This document shows, one piece after another, positions 43,285 to 53,220 of a stretch of DNA of 64,000 nt (position 1 is its first letter; each line of letters begins with the position of its first letter). A program made the translations under genes and the position numbers. The stretch is taken from assembly GCA_027593175.1 (NCBI GenBank), contig JAQCJI010000004.1, positions 2,175-66,174 on the forward strand, in the 5' to 3' direction. Under the pieces are notes generated by a model. The model did not search any database, was not told where the DNA came from, and was given only the letters and a program-made list of their open reading frames with translations. The DNA comes from Bacteroidota bacterium. Its GTDB lineage: Bacteria > Bacteroidota > Bacteroidia > Cytophagales > Cyclobacteriaceae.

Positions 43285-45975
43285 TTAGTCTGGAATTAGG
43301 TATTCCAAAAGGGTTTTTCCGTAGCGTGTACGAATAAGATATTGCCCTTGACTTGGCAGGTGGCTCAATTGGATTTCGCCCATGCTTTGAAGTGGGGAAC
43401 GGATCAATAAATTACCCTCGAGGTCGTAAAGATAGCCCATGCCCTGTTCTAGATCGGTGACGGTAATAATTCTCCGTGAGGAACCAAAATCAAAATATCC
43501 AAGCCAGGCCTGATTTCCCGCTAGTGGTAGACTCATCAGCAGGCGCAGCTGATTATCAAAAAGTTGAATTTTGTTGAATTGCTCCAAAACAAGAAGTGAA
43601 GAATTACCCTTCTGGTCACTAAGGCTACGAAATTTATCATCACGATTCGATTTTTGAGCTTGGTTTTTTTTGATAATTTCCCCAGAAAAGGAAATATTAA
43701 GGATTTCTCCGCCTATGGTCACAGATTGTAGGGATGGACTAGAGGTTTTGTTCAAGACCAGAGGGCTGGCAATTCCTTCAGGGAGTTTCACTGGAAAACC
43801 TGCTTGGGTTTCCCCTCTTCGATTGAACAAAAACAACTTCCCAGATTTTCCTTGTGCCACCATAAAATCTCCTTTGCCAGGCACTCGGGCATGGAATGGG
43901 GTGCCAAGGGTTTTCTCCCCAAGTTTTAATGGATTCCATCCCTCCAGTGCTTTGCCTAATTTATCTAAAAGCCATAAGTTTCCTTTTTCAGTAGAAATGA
44001 AATACCTGTACTCTTTGGAATTATCGTAATCGATTAGGCTGAACTGACTTATTTTTTCGCCAGGTAAAGACAAGGGGAACCCAGGTAAAGGATCTCCGAG
44101 GCGGTCAATACCATAAATTTGATTGGATGTAGCTACAAGCAATTGTAATTTGCCATTTTTAAAATAATCGATTTGGAATGCCTCTGATAGGATGGGGCCA
44201 GTTACCGCTTGGTTGTATACTTGCTCCCCCGCAGAGTTGATGACATATAGAATATGGTTTTGGTCTTGGACCACTAAATCTTCAGTATTGTCGTTGAAAT
44301 TTTTGATTGCTTTAGGACCGTAAATTAGATTTTCAGGAAGTACCACTTCTTTGCCTGATGCCAACTCAAATGATTTATTTACTTCCGCTGGAGCTGCTTC
44401 TTCACTGGTATAGCCTAGGATGAGTGTTGCTTCTGGTCCTTTCGAACTTTGGTGGATGCGCAATGACAAGCTGGTGAATGCCTTCAACTCAGTTTCGTAT
44501 TTTTGGATAAAAGTACTCCAGCTAGGGTTAGTCGATTGAACCCAACTCGGCCAGATTTTTTGAAGGAGGAATGTTTTGCTGTATCCAGCAGCGGGGGATA
44601 CCAGGTTTTTAGTTTCGTTGGGCTTTTTTGCCCAGGTATTTCCTTGGGCATAATCATCCAATAGGCTCCTCATTCCATTTGCAGAGTTACTCATCAGCAG
44701 TATCTGGCCCTCTTGGCTGATGAAGGTTTGTTCAAACCCTACAAACTGCCCGTTAAATAGGTGTGCAGGGAAATTTTCTTCAGGAAAAAATAAGATCTCA
44801 TTTCCCAAGTATTGCTCAGTAGGATAAAATTCAGTAGTATCTCGGTATTCCTTGAGTAATTTCCAGGCTTGTTCTGGATTCTCAGATTTCACCAAAAGTG
44901 AGGTATTTTTTTGAGCCAAAGACAGGGGCTCCATTTCTATAAAATACTGTTCTCCGCTGAGGTAATCTAAAAATCCTCGATCGATTAATCTTGTTTGAAC
45001 CTCCCCACTGACGGTAGATTTCAGGGTAAAGGAGCTATTTTGAAGTTTTTGTGTTTCATAACTGTCCTTCAAGTTGACCTGGGTGATGGCTTGTGTACGA
45101 GTGGAAATCAAGTTTTCAAATTCGGCAAGTTGAGCCTGTACGGAGGGTAAAAAATTCACTTCTGGAAGGCCTTGGATTGGTCCCTTAAAAACCAGTTGCC
45201 TGTCTTCAAACTTTAAAGTCAACGAAAGTTGAAAATCTGTGGTTTGGAGCTCTTGAAGCACTTCTGAGCTTTTGTCTGCACTGACTCCACTCACCAGTTT
45301 GGCGATTCCTTTGGAAGAAAAAATTAGCCTACCCAATCCTTCGGTATTGGGGAGTTCCTCTCCTAGCTTAGCAGAAATTGGGTTTGCATCCTCACTGAGG
45401 TAAAATCGAATTGCCTCTTCAATGACAAAAGAGGAAGAGGATACTAGCAGTACATTATTGAGCAACGTAATACTCCATTGGATGCTATTGTTCCCATTCA
45501 ACACATCATAAATCTCCTGCTCGCTGTATTTCCGAGTTTGAAATCGGATAGTCTTTGGCGCCTTAGCTTTCAGTTTATCCAAGAGTTCTGAAGGGGAATT
45601 TGAGCCAAAATTTAGGGTGTACAACAGACTAAATTTGTCTGTGCCTACCGAATGATAGCTTACGGTCACCTGCTTATTTCGGAGGGTCTTGGTAACAAAA
45701 CCTGTTTCGCCAACTAGGCTATCTAAGGAATTTAATTGGCTGGATAAGGATTGAAAAGCTGGAAATCGCGATAGAGTAGTCCAGATGGGTTGGTTCCGAA
45801 GCTCTTGCCATGCAAAATCCGCTTGTTGAGTTTCAAATAAAAATACGGCATCACTCGAAATCAGCTCAAGGCTATTGATGGTTCTGGACTTAATAAATCG
45901 TTGGTATACTTCATAGCCTCCCCAGCTAACGAGGGATAGCACTAGAATGACCAACAAACTTTTCCAGATTTTCAA
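43285..45975 (-). CDS. Large membrane-anchored protein, DUF3352-like with C-terminal beta-propeller-like repeats
   Basis: 896-aa ORF (TTG start), N-terminal TM, repeats IDYFKNGKLQL/IDYDNSKEYRY and G..LPGFPL/G.ALEGWNPL/G..QAGFPV. Confidence 0.7.
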   Translation of the reverse strand: MKIWKSLLVILVLSLVSWGGYEVYQRFIKSRTINSLELISSDAVFLFETQQADFAWQELRNQPIWTTLSRFPAFQSLSSQLNSLDSLVGETGFVTKTLRNKQVTVSYHSVGTDKFSLLYTLNFGSNSPSELLDKLKAKAPKTIRFQTRKYSEQEIYDVLNGNNSIQWSITLLNNVLLVSSSSFVIEEAIRFYLSEDANPISAKLGEELPNTEGLGRLIFSSKGIAKLVSGVSADKSSEVLQELQTTDFQLSLTLKFEDRQLVFKGPIQGLPEVNFLPSVQAQLAEFENLISTRTQAITQVNLKDSYETQKLQNSSFTLKSTVSGEVQTRLIDRGFLDYLSGEQYFIEMEPLSLAQKNTSLLVKSENPEQAWKLLKEYRDTTEFYPTEQYLGNEILFFPEENFPAHLFNGQFVGFEQTFISQEGQILLMSNSANGMRSLLDDYAQGNTWAKKPNETKNLVSPAAGYSKTFLLQKIWPSWVQSTNPSWSTFIQKYETELKAFTSLSLRIHQSSKGPEATLILGYTSEEAAPAEVNKSFELASGKEVVLPENLIYGPKAIKNFNDNTEDLVVQDQNHILYVINSAGEQVYNQAVTGPILSEAFQIDYFKNGKLQLLVATSNQIYGIDRLGDPLPGFPLSLPGEKISQFSLIDYDNSKEYRYFISTEKGNLWLLDKLGKALEGWNPLKLGEKTLGTPFHARVPGKGDFMVAQGKSGKLFLFNRRGETQAGFPVKLPEGIASPLVLNKTSSPSLQSVTIGGEILNISFSGEIIKKNQAQKSNRDDKFRSLSDQKGNSSLLVLEQFNKIQLFDNQLRLLMSLPLAGNQAWLGYFDFGSSRRIITVTDLEQGMGYLYDLEGNLLIRSPLQSMGEIQLSHLPSQGQYLIRTRYGKTLLEYLIPD

Positions 45976-46005
45976 GTTGCAATATCGAGTAAAAGTAAAT
46001 GAAGT

Positions 46006-46052
46006 AAAAAAAGGCCTAAGAAACTTTGCATTATGGAAAGCGTCTTAGGTCC
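46006..46052 (-). terminator. Intrinsic terminator after mdh
   Basis: Minus strand GGACCTAAGA...TCTTAGGCC followed by T7. Confidence 0.6.
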
Positions 46053-46072
46053 TGTGTCCAGAAAGGACCAGA

Positions 46073-47008
46073 TTAGTTGCTCAAGCTATCCAAAACTTGC
46101 ATCACTTCTTTGACGTGACCTCTTGATGTTTCGAGTAATTGCCGTTCTTCCGCATTGAGATTAAGCTCAATTACTTTTTCAATGCCGTTTTTGCCTAGGA
46201 TAACAGGTACGCCAAGGTAGCAGTCATCAATACCATATTCACCTTCTAGCTTGATACACACTGGGAATATCCTTCTTTGGTTTTTCAAGATGGCTTCTAC
46301 CATTTGGGCAGCAGCAGCTCCTGGAGCATACCAGGCAGAAGTACCCATCAGCTTGACCAATTCTCCACCTCCAAATTTGGTTCGCTCGATGATGGCATCT
46401 AACTTATCCTTTGCGACTAGTTCAGTGACAGGGATACCAGCCACAGTCGTATATCGAGGAAGTGGTACCATGGTATCCCCATGTCCACCCATCAAGATTG
46501 CTTGAATTTCCTTTCCAGAGATATTCAATTCCTCTGCAAGGAAAGCGCGATAGCGTGCTGTATCCAAAATTCCCGCCATGCCAATCACTTTCGTTCTTGG
46601 AAGTCCAGAAGTTAAATGTGCCTGGTACGTCATCACATCCAAAGGATTTGAAACTACGATAATGATGGCATTTGGAGAATGTTTCACCACATTTTCAGTA
46701 ACAGACTTAACGATTCCTGCATTGGTTTCGATTAAATCATCGCGGGTCATCCCTGGTTTTCTTGGAAGCCCTGAGGTGATTATTACAACATCTGAATTTG
46801 CGGTTTTGCTGTAATCATTTGTGCTGCCAATGGTACGGCTATCGTATTGATTGATGGGTGCTTTTTGCCAAATGTCAAGTGCCTTACCTTCCGCAATACC
46901 CTCCTTGATATCCACTAATACAATCTCTACAGCTACTTCGCGATATGCCAATACATCGGCACAGGTGGCACCAACATTTCCTGCCCCAACAACGGTTACT
47001 TTGCTCAT
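46073..47008 (-). CDS. mdh: Malate dehydrogenase (LDH-like)
   Basis: GAGNVG, PRKPGMTRDDL, SNPLDVM, LDTARY, GGHGD. Confidence 0.97.
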   Translation of the reverse strand: MSKVTVVGAGNVGATCADVLAYREVAVEIVLVDIKEGIAEGKALDIWQKAPINQYDSRTIGSTNDYSKTANSDVVIITSGLPRKPGMTRDDLIETNAGIVKSVTENVVKHSPNAIIIVVSNPLDVMTYQAHLTSGLPRTKVIGMAGILDTARYRAFLAEELNISGKEIQAILMGGHGDTMVPLPRYTTVAGIPVTELVAKDKLDAIIERTKFGGGELVKLMGTSAWYAPGAAAAQMVEAILKNQRRIFPVCIKLEGEYGIDDCYLGVPVILGKNGIEKVIELNLNAEERQLLETSRGHVKEVMQVLDSLSN

Positions 47009-47143
47009 GTTTTTATATTCTTTTTAGTTTGAATTGCCTAAAATTCAGTCCTAAGTTAATAAGCTATGCTTAGGAATTGAAACCCCTACCGGATAAAGTT
47101 TGTTGCAACCTCTTTGTTTTTTTACTTTGCTTTTTTCCCTGCA

Positions 47144-47659
47144 CTATTCAAACATTTGTCTCAGGCTAAAAAAACCAAAAGACTCTCGGTAAGACCGAAA
47201 AAGACGTTGGTTGTTAGCATTGTAAAACTCAGCCAGAGAGGTCATCATTTTTGCCTTAATTTTCGGGTTGCTCGCAAAGACCTCTAGCAGCGCAAACTGT
47301 GGGATTACAAGCAATTCTGCTTCATCCGAGCTTACTAGTGCCGTGTAGGTTCTTTTCGTACTTTCCAAAAGTGAATTTTCCCCAAAGGCATCTCCACGCT
47401 TCAGTTGCATGATGGTTTCAAAATTTTCTCTCAGATCGATGGTCAAATCTATCATACCTTTTCGAATGAGATAGAGGGCTTGGCTTGGATCCTTACTAAA
47501 AAAAACCACTTCATCGCGGACATATTTTCTTTCGTGCATGGTGGGTAAAAATCGAGCAAGTTCCTGCTGCTTGAGAAGCTCGAAAAATTTAATGCCATGC
47601 AGGAAGTCAAACATCTGCAGTTCTTGGGGCTCATAGGTTTTGGAAAAAGGGTTTCTCAT
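47144..47659 (-). CDS. Stand-alone cyclic-nucleotide-binding domain protein
   Basis: VFFSKDPSQALYLIRKG, GDAFGE.SLL...RTYTA cassette; 171 aa with no evident Crp HTH. Confidence 0.8.
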   Translation of the reverse strand: MRNPFSKTYEPQELQMFDFLHGIKFFELLKQQELARFLPTMHERKYVRDEVVFFSKDPSQALYLIRKGMIDLTIDLRENFETIMQLKRGDAFGENSLLESTKRTYTALVSSDEAELLVIPQFALLEVFASNPKIKAKMMTSLAEFYNANNQRLFRSYRESFGFFSLRQMFE

Positions 47660-47662
47660 GGC

Positions 47663-48982
47663 TTAGCTTTTTTGGATGTGCAAGCATTTTTGGGTGGCAG
47701 GGCCCACTTTTGCCCAATCAGCAATCCGCATGCCGACCACCCAGGCTATTTTATTTCCTGAAACTAGGACTTTTACCTCTTTTTTTAATGCAAGTGGAAC
47801 TTTATTGTCAATCAGGAAATCGGAAATTTTCTTTTCGGATTGCATTCCCAATGGATTAAATCTGTCTCTTTCCTTCCAGCTGCGGATTTGAAGCGGAAAT
47901 TCCAAACAGTCAAGATCTAATAATGCATTTGCTGGATTCCGATCGATTGCTTTCTGAAGTATGTCCCAAGTCAATTGGTACGCTCCATCGGGAAGTACAA
48001 AGGAAGGGGTTCCAAAGGGAAGTTCTAGCTCAGGGAATGCAACTGGGATGGGGTATAGCATTAGCTCCTCTCGGTCCAGACTTAGCTCATACTGTGCGCT
48101 ACGTATCAACCTACCTGATTTTACTTCTTCTAAACTTTTTACCAAGGTTTTGGCTTGATCTGAATTGAACCCATAAGGTCTCAACCAAAAATAGAGCAGG
48201 GAGGAAGCTCCTGGCATGGTGCTAATCGATTTGTATGAAAGGAAGCTGATTCCATGCTGTTCACGAACATGTTCTCCCTTCCAGATTTCAAATAAACTTG
48301 AAAATGCCTTACCCGTATCTTTTAATCTTGCAAAGCTTTGCAAGAGATTTTGTCGCGTGTCGGGGTCCAAGCTATAAAGTGCTGGAAGTCCGCTATGGCG
48401 TAGCTTATTTCTTTTGTAGTCGCTCGAAGCATTGGAACGATCTTCTCGCCAAGGTTGCTTCACCTCTTCCATGTAGATTTCAAGGTGGGCTCTAGAAAAA
48501 GGGAGAAGTGGACGAATCAGCCAGCCGCGACGCTCACTCATTCCATACAATCCCTCAATGCCGGTGCCTCTTACCAGGTTTAGAAAAATAGTTTCTAGCT
48601 GATCATCCTCATGATGTGCGAGGATAATTCCTTCGAGAGTATTCTGAATTCGAATTTCTTCAAAAAACTGGTAACGGATTTCTCGGGCGGCCATCTGTAT
48701 GGAAATGCCTTTTTTTTCTGCCCATTCAACTGTATTTGTGCGATGTATATGGACAGGAAGCGAGCGCTCTTTGGCCCAGTTTTTTACAAATTCCTCATCC
48801 CCATCACTCTCCGTATCCCGCAAGCCAAAGTTGACATGAGCAACCTCAACGTGTATCCCAGCAGTATACAGTAGATGAGCCAAGGCCATACTATCGAGTC
48901 CACCACTGCATGCCAAAAGGTAGCTTTTATTGGGCTCAAATAGTGTGCGTTGGCTGATATGCGAGATAAAGGCTTCGTACAT
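47663..48982 (-). CDS. tilS: tRNA(Ile)-lysidine synthetase
   Basis: SGGLDS PP-loop, AAREIRY, AHHEDDQLET, RPLL, RNKLRH, C-terminal KKISDFLID.K. Confidence 0.96.
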   Translation of the reverse strand: MYEAFISHISQRTLFEPNKSYLLACSGGLDSMALAHLLYTAGIHVEVAHVNFGLRDTESDGDEEFVKNWAKERSLPVHIHRTNTVEWAEKKGISIQMAAREIRYQFFEEIRIQNTLEGIILAHHEDDQLETIFLNLVRGTGIEGLYGMSERRGWLIRPLLPFSRAHLEIYMEEVKQPWREDRSNASSDYKRNKLRHSGLPALYSLDPDTRQNLLQSFARLKDTGKAFSSLFEIWKGEHVREQHGISFLSYKSISTMPGASSLLYFWLRPYGFNSDQAKTLVKSLEEVKSGRLIRSAQYELSLDREELMLYPIPVAFPELELPFGTPSFVLPDGAYQLTWDILQKAIDRNPANALLDLDCLEFPLQIRSWKERDRFNPLGMQSEKKISDFLIDNKVPLALKKEVKVLVSGNKIAWVVGMRIADWAKVGPATQKCLHIQKS

Positions 48983-49013
48983 TGATCAAAAATAGCTTTT
49001 TCTGCTAAATTTG
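48982..49013. promoter_or_regulatory. Overlapping divergent promoters for tilS and the OstA-like gene
   Basis: Plus strand TTG (48982-48984), 21 bp, TAAATTTG (49006-49013); minus strand TATTTTTG (48994-48987). Confidence 0.5.
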
Positions 49014-49030
49014 CCTCCATTCCTTCTCGT

Positions 49031-50662
49031 ATGAAATATCCTTTTTTCATTCTATCCCTTCTCCTAGTGCTCTTGATGCCATTTCTAGGCCATGCACAGT
49101 CTTCTTCGCTATTGGAAATTCGAAGTGCAGATTTGCTTCAGGGCGCAAAAGGTTTTGAGCGCCTTCTGGGGAATGTAAAAATGAAGCACCAAAATTCACT
49201 AATTGCTTGTGATTCGGCCTATTTTTTCCGAGATGAAAATCGTGCTCAGCTTTTTGGAAGGGTGCAGATTAAGGATGAGGTTGACCCCATCACCACTACT
49301 AGTGCCTATGCTGAATACGATGGTGCCACAAAGGTGGCCAAGCTCCGAAAAAATGTAGTGTTCACCAATCAGAAGACCAAACTTTACACCGAACACCTAG
49401 ACTACAACCGAGAATCCAATGTGGCAACCTATTTTGAGGGGGGTAAGGTAGTGGATTCAGTGAATGTGCTGACGAGCGAGGTAGGTACTTATGAGATCAA
49501 TTACGAGCGGATTAGTTTTCAACAAGATGTGATTTTGGTTAATCCAGATTATACGCTCAAAACCCAGGATCTTATCTATCTGACCATTCCTAAAACTGCC
49601 CAGACTCCTGGATTAACGAATATTGTTTCCAAAGAAGGCTACCATCTAGATGCCCAAAAGGGAAGTTTTTATGATACACAGCTCAAGCAGTTTAAGTTTT
49701 TCGAGGGCTTGGTGGAAACAGCCGATAGCCGAGTGAAAGCGGATGAATTATTTTACGATGAGCCCAAGGCCTACTACGCAGGTAAGAAAGATGTTCGAGT
49801 CCTGAATAAAGAAAGAAAGCTAGAAGTCTTTGGAGAGGTAGGGAATTATTGGGAAACTAAAAAATATAGTCAGGTGTACGGGAAGGCTTTGGTGCGAAAG
49901 TATTTTGAGTCAGATACCCTTTTTCTCACAGCAGACACTTTGATTTCACAGGATGGAGATGCCGATTCAGCAAAATTTTTGCTCGCCTTCCATCAAGTGA
50001 ACTTGGTAAAATTAGATCTTTCAGGGAAGGCAGATTCCTTGTTGTATGCCTTTAGCGATTCCTCAATTCACTTGTTTAAGGATCCAATTTTATGGAATCG
50101 ATCAAGCCAGATTTCATCAGATAGCATGGTTTTTTATCTGGTTAATGAAACCTTAGATCGGGTTTTCATGAAGAATAAAGGGTTTGCGATTTTGACAGAT
50201 ACCTTGTTGAATTTCAATCAAATGAAAGGAAGAAAGATGACTGGATATTTTAAGGAGGGGCAGCTGAGCAATTTGTTTATTGAAGGAAATGGGGAGTCGC
50301 TGTACTATGCGCTTGAAGGAGATTCCTTGACCCAAGGAATCAATCGAATTTTAAGTGCCACTATTGGGCTAAGTTTTGTAGATGGTCTAATCAAAAAATC
50401 GAATTTTGGAGTTCGACCGGATGGGAAATTTATCCCCGTCCAGGACATAAATGAAAAGATGAGTCGGCTTGACGGTTTTCGATGGAGGGTGGAGGAAAAG
50501 CCTGCGCGTGCTACAATAGATGCCTGGCGTAAGGTGGTTGAAATTGATCCAACCCTGAGAAATTTTTTCAATGAACCTGAGGTTAAGCTGTCGATGCCTA
50601 CCCAAGGGCAGCTTCAAAAAGCGTTGCGGGAAAAGCCCGTGAAGCAGGCAGTTGGCGGCTAG
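49031..50662 (+). CDS. OstA-like (LptA/LptD N-terminal beta-jellyroll) protein
   Basis: Signal peptide, GNVKMKHQ..CDSAY, repeated beta-jellyroll segments, GKADSL, FNQMKGR. Confidence 0.8.
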   Translation: MKYPFFILSLLLVLLMPFLGHAQSSSLLEIRSADLLQGAKGFERLLGNVKMKHQNSLIACDSAYFFRDENRAQLFGRVQIKDEVDPITTTSAYAEYDGATKVAKLRKNVVFTNQKTKLYTEHLDYNRESNVATYFEGGKVVDSVNVLTSEVGTYEINYERISFQQDVILVNPDYTLKTQDLIYLTIPKTAQTPGLTNIVSKEGYHLDAQKGSFYDTQLKQFKFFEGLVETADSRVKADELFYDEPKAYYAGKKDVRVLNKERKLEVFGEVGNYWETKKYSQVYGKALVRKYFESDTLFLTADTLISQDGDADSAKFLLAFHQVNLVKLDLSGKADSLLYAFSDSSIHLFKDPILWNRSSQISSDSMVFYLVNETLDRVFMKNKGFAILTDTLLNFNQMKGRKMTGYFKEGQLSNLFIEGNGESLYYALEGDSLTQGINRILSATIGLSFVDGLIKKSNFGVRPDGKFIPVQDINEKMSRLDGFRWRVEEKPARATIDAWRKVVEIDPTLRNFFNEPEVKLSMPTQGQLQKALREKPVKQAVGG

Positions 50663-50803
50663 CAACCTATAAATGCACCATTTTTAAAACTTAACAACAA
50701 TTAACCCGTTTTTTGGGAAAAACTTGCATCTTTTTAAATACATTAACGTATAATTTCTAGATTTTATTGTAACCACATCTCACTTATTGAGTATAAATTT
50801 TCC

Positions 50804-51517
50804 ATGAACGCCCAATTACTCAAATTGACCTTTATCTTGCTTTTGGGATTCCCGATTTTTGCGGGTGCCCAGCAGGTGCATGTCTTGAGTGAAGCAGTAG
50901 ATTTTTCAGGTAAAATTGGTTCCTCCCAGCGGAAAACAGTAATCCTCCACAACGAGTCGGCGCAACCTAAAACATTTCTGCTACGAAACATTAAGGGGAG
51001 CATAGGCTCCTCTCAGAAAATGCGGCTTTGCCTAGGGGATCAATGTTTTGACCCCAAAAAAGACTTGGCAAAGGTTATGCTCAAGCTTGCTCCAGGAGAG
51101 ATTTACACAGACCTGTACCTAGAATTTGAATTAGGGATTGCGGAGACTTTAGGGAGTTTTGAGCTGATATTTGTGAATAGTGAAGCCTTGCGTGAGTTTT
51201 TTGTAGTTGAGGTAAAATATGCGGTTTCTAGTGTGCTAAAAGCAGATTCTTCGAACAAAGACATCAAGTTGGGTGATATTTATCCCAATCCCAGCAACCG
51301 AGTAGCGCAATTGGATTATACTGTAGTGAATCCGAAAGCAAAAGCTAAAATCACTGTAACAAGTTTTATAGGCAATCCCATCGCGGAGTATGACTTGGAC
51401 CCTACACGAAATAGTCTTGTAATTCTTGTGGCTGACTTTCAGCCAGGGGTGTATTTCTACACTTTATTTGTAGACAATAAAAACGTGGTCACTAAGAAAT
51501 TGCAGGTGAAAAAGTGA
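50804..51517 (+). CDS. Small secreted protein with a T9SS type A C-terminal sorting domain
   Basis: Signal peptide; IYPNPS...PGVYFYTL...TKKLQVKK CTD signature. Confidence 0.85.
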   Translation: MNAQLLKLTFILLLGFPIFAGAQQVHVLSEAVDFSGKIGSSQRKTVILHNESAQPKTFLLRNIKGSIGSSQKMRLCLGDQCFDPKKDLAKVMLKLAPGEIYTDLYLEFELGIAETLGSFELIFVNSEALREFFVVEVKYAVSSVLKADSSNKDIKLGDIYPNPSNRVAQLDYTVVNPKAKAKITVTSFIGNPIAEYDLDPTRNSLVILVADFQPGVYFYTLFVDNKNVVTKKLQVKK

Positions 51518-51540
51518 TCGCTCTAGTCTAGGCTATTTCA

Positions 51541-51571
51541 TTTGAAATCTTACAATTATCCCTTATATTTG
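51541..51571 (+). promoter_or_regulatory. Promoter for bamD-rpoZ
   Basis: TTTG (51541-51544), 19-bp spacer, TATATTTG (51564-51571). Confidence 0.7.
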
Positions 51572-51588
51572 CGGTCCTTTAATTAATC

Positions 51589-52470
51589 ATGCGAAACTAT
51601 TCGATCTTGTATGTGCTTTCCTTGGTTCTCTTTGGAGCCTGTGGACCTTTTGCCAAGTTGGAAAAGAGTACCAACTGGGAGGAGTTGTACAATGGTGCCA
51701 ACAAATACTACCAAGAAGGGGAGTTCAACAAAGCAATTATTTTGTACGAAAAGGTGCTTCCGGTAATCAAGGGATCCGAAAAGGCTGAAATGGCAGAGTA
51801 CAACTATGCCAATTGCCATTTTAAGACTGACCGATACATCGAATCTGCAGGCTATTTCAATACCTTTTACAAAACTTACAATAGGAGTTCTTTGGCAGAA
51901 GAGGCCCTATTTATGCATGCTTATTCACTTTACTTAGATGCTCCAGATTACAATCTAGATCAACAAAGTAGCCGTGAAGCAGTAACAGCTATTCAGCAAT
52001 TTGTTAGCAGATTCCCTGCCTCTGCCAGCTATGAGCGGGCGCTGGATATGTTGCAGGATTTGGAGTCTAGATTTGAAGAAAAGGCATTTAGCGAGGCCGA
52101 AATGTATTATAGGTTGAAGGAAGGATTGTTTCCTGGCGACTTTTACAGGGCTTGCATCATTAACTTTCAAAATTTTACTAAGGACTATCCGGAAAGCAAG
52201 CGTAATGAAGAACTGGCCTACCGCTTGGTAGAAGTGGGCTATGCCTACGCAAAAAATAGTGCCTTTGACAAAAAAGAAGAGCGTCTAAGCGATGCCTTGA
52301 AGTTTGTGAGCAATTTTTACAGGAAGTACCCAGCAAGTGGTTATTTGGGAGAGGTCAAAAAATTAGAAACGCAAACCAAAGAAGGGCTTCAGGTGCATTC
52401 TAAACTGGTTAAAGAGATTGCAGATAAGAAAGCTGCTGAAGATGCTCCAGTAGCTACAACCTCAAATTAA
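51589..52470 (+). CDS. bamD: Outer membrane protein assembly factor BamD
   Basis: Lipobox FGAC, TPR helices, YNLDQ..AIQQFVSRFP; bamD-rpoZ synteny. Confidence 0.9.
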   Translation: MRNYSILYVLSLVLFGACGPFAKLEKSTNWEELYNGANKYYQEGEFNKAIILYEKVLPVIKGSEKAEMAEYNYANCHFKTDRYIESAGYFNTFYKTYNRSSLAEEALFMHAYSLYLDAPDYNLDQQSSREAVTAIQQFVSRFPASASYERALDMLQDLESRFEEKAFSEAEMYYRLKEGLFPGDFYRACIINFQNFTKDYPESKRNEELAYRLVEVGYAYAKNSAFDKKEERLSDALKFVSNFYRKYPASGYLGEVKKLETQTKEGLQVHSKLVKEIADKKAAEDAPVATTSN

Positions 52471-52500
52471 TTTAATTACAATCATTTAAATACAAAAAAT

Positions 52501-52812
52501 ATGGCTGTTAATCCATCAATCATCACTAGGGACTTAGATAAAATCGCCGATCAAACGGGCAATATTTATGAGTCGATCCACATCGCTGGTCAGCGTGCAA
52601 AACAAATTTCTTCTAGCTTGAAGGAAGAGTTGAATAACAAGCTTTCAGAGTTTGCTTCTACTGTGGACAACTTGGAAGAAGTATTCGAAAACAAGGAGCA
52701 AATTGAAATCTCCAAGTTTTACGAAAGAATGCCAAAGCCAACTTCTTTGGCGATTGAAGAGTTTACAGAGGGAAAAATCCACCACAGATATCCATCGCAA
52801 GAAGGAGAGTAG
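52501..52812 (+). CDS. rpoZ: RNA polymerase omega subunit (Bacteroidota type)
   Basis: TGNIYES..RAKQI, LEEVFENKEQIEISKFYERMPKP. Confidence 0.9.
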   Translation: MAVNPSIITRDLDKIADQTGNIYESIHIAGQRAKQISSSLKEELNNKLSEFASTVDNLEEVFENKEQIEISKFYERMPKPTSLAIEEFTEGKIHHRYPSQEGE

Positions 52813-52821
52813 TAATTCCAA

Positions 52822-53220
52822 ATCCATCTGGAAGGTAAACGAATCTTAGTCGGTGTTACAGGCAGCATTGCCTCCTATAAAACAGCGATTTTAACTCGCT
52901 TTCTCATCAAATCTGGAGCAGAGGTATAGCTTGTAGTGACTACTTCTGCTCTTGATTTTATTACCCCCCTCACCTTAGCAACCCTGTCCAAGCGGCCAGT
53001 TTTCTCTGCTTTTTTTGAAAAAAAACTCTGGCCAATGGCATAATCATGTGGAGCTTGGCCTCTGGGCAAATTATTTTTATTGGCTCCCCTGAGCGCCAAA
53101 ACGCTAGCCAAATTCGCTCAAGTAGGCTGTGATAATTTACTTACCGCTACCTACCTCTCCTTCCCTTTTGCCCAAGCAGGCTATTGCCAAGCTTATTTTG
53201 GAGTAGGTCAAAAATGTAGC
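52822..53220 (+). pseudogene. coaBC: Degraded coaBC (phosphopantothenoylcysteine decarboxylase/synthetase)
   Basis: [18 protein letters not shown]...SGAEV*(TAG 52927-52929)LVVTTSALDFITPLTLATLSKRPV; after a frameshift, WHNHVELGLWA; after another, LAPLSAKTLAKFA..CDNLLTATYLS; then a jump to a short C-terminal-like piece. No ATG; canonical position after rpoZ. Confidence 0.9.

Noticed and set aside
52875-53111. 78-aa minus-strand ORF between rpoZ and DUF4835
   Set aside because: It is the antisense shadow of the coaBC pseudogene.
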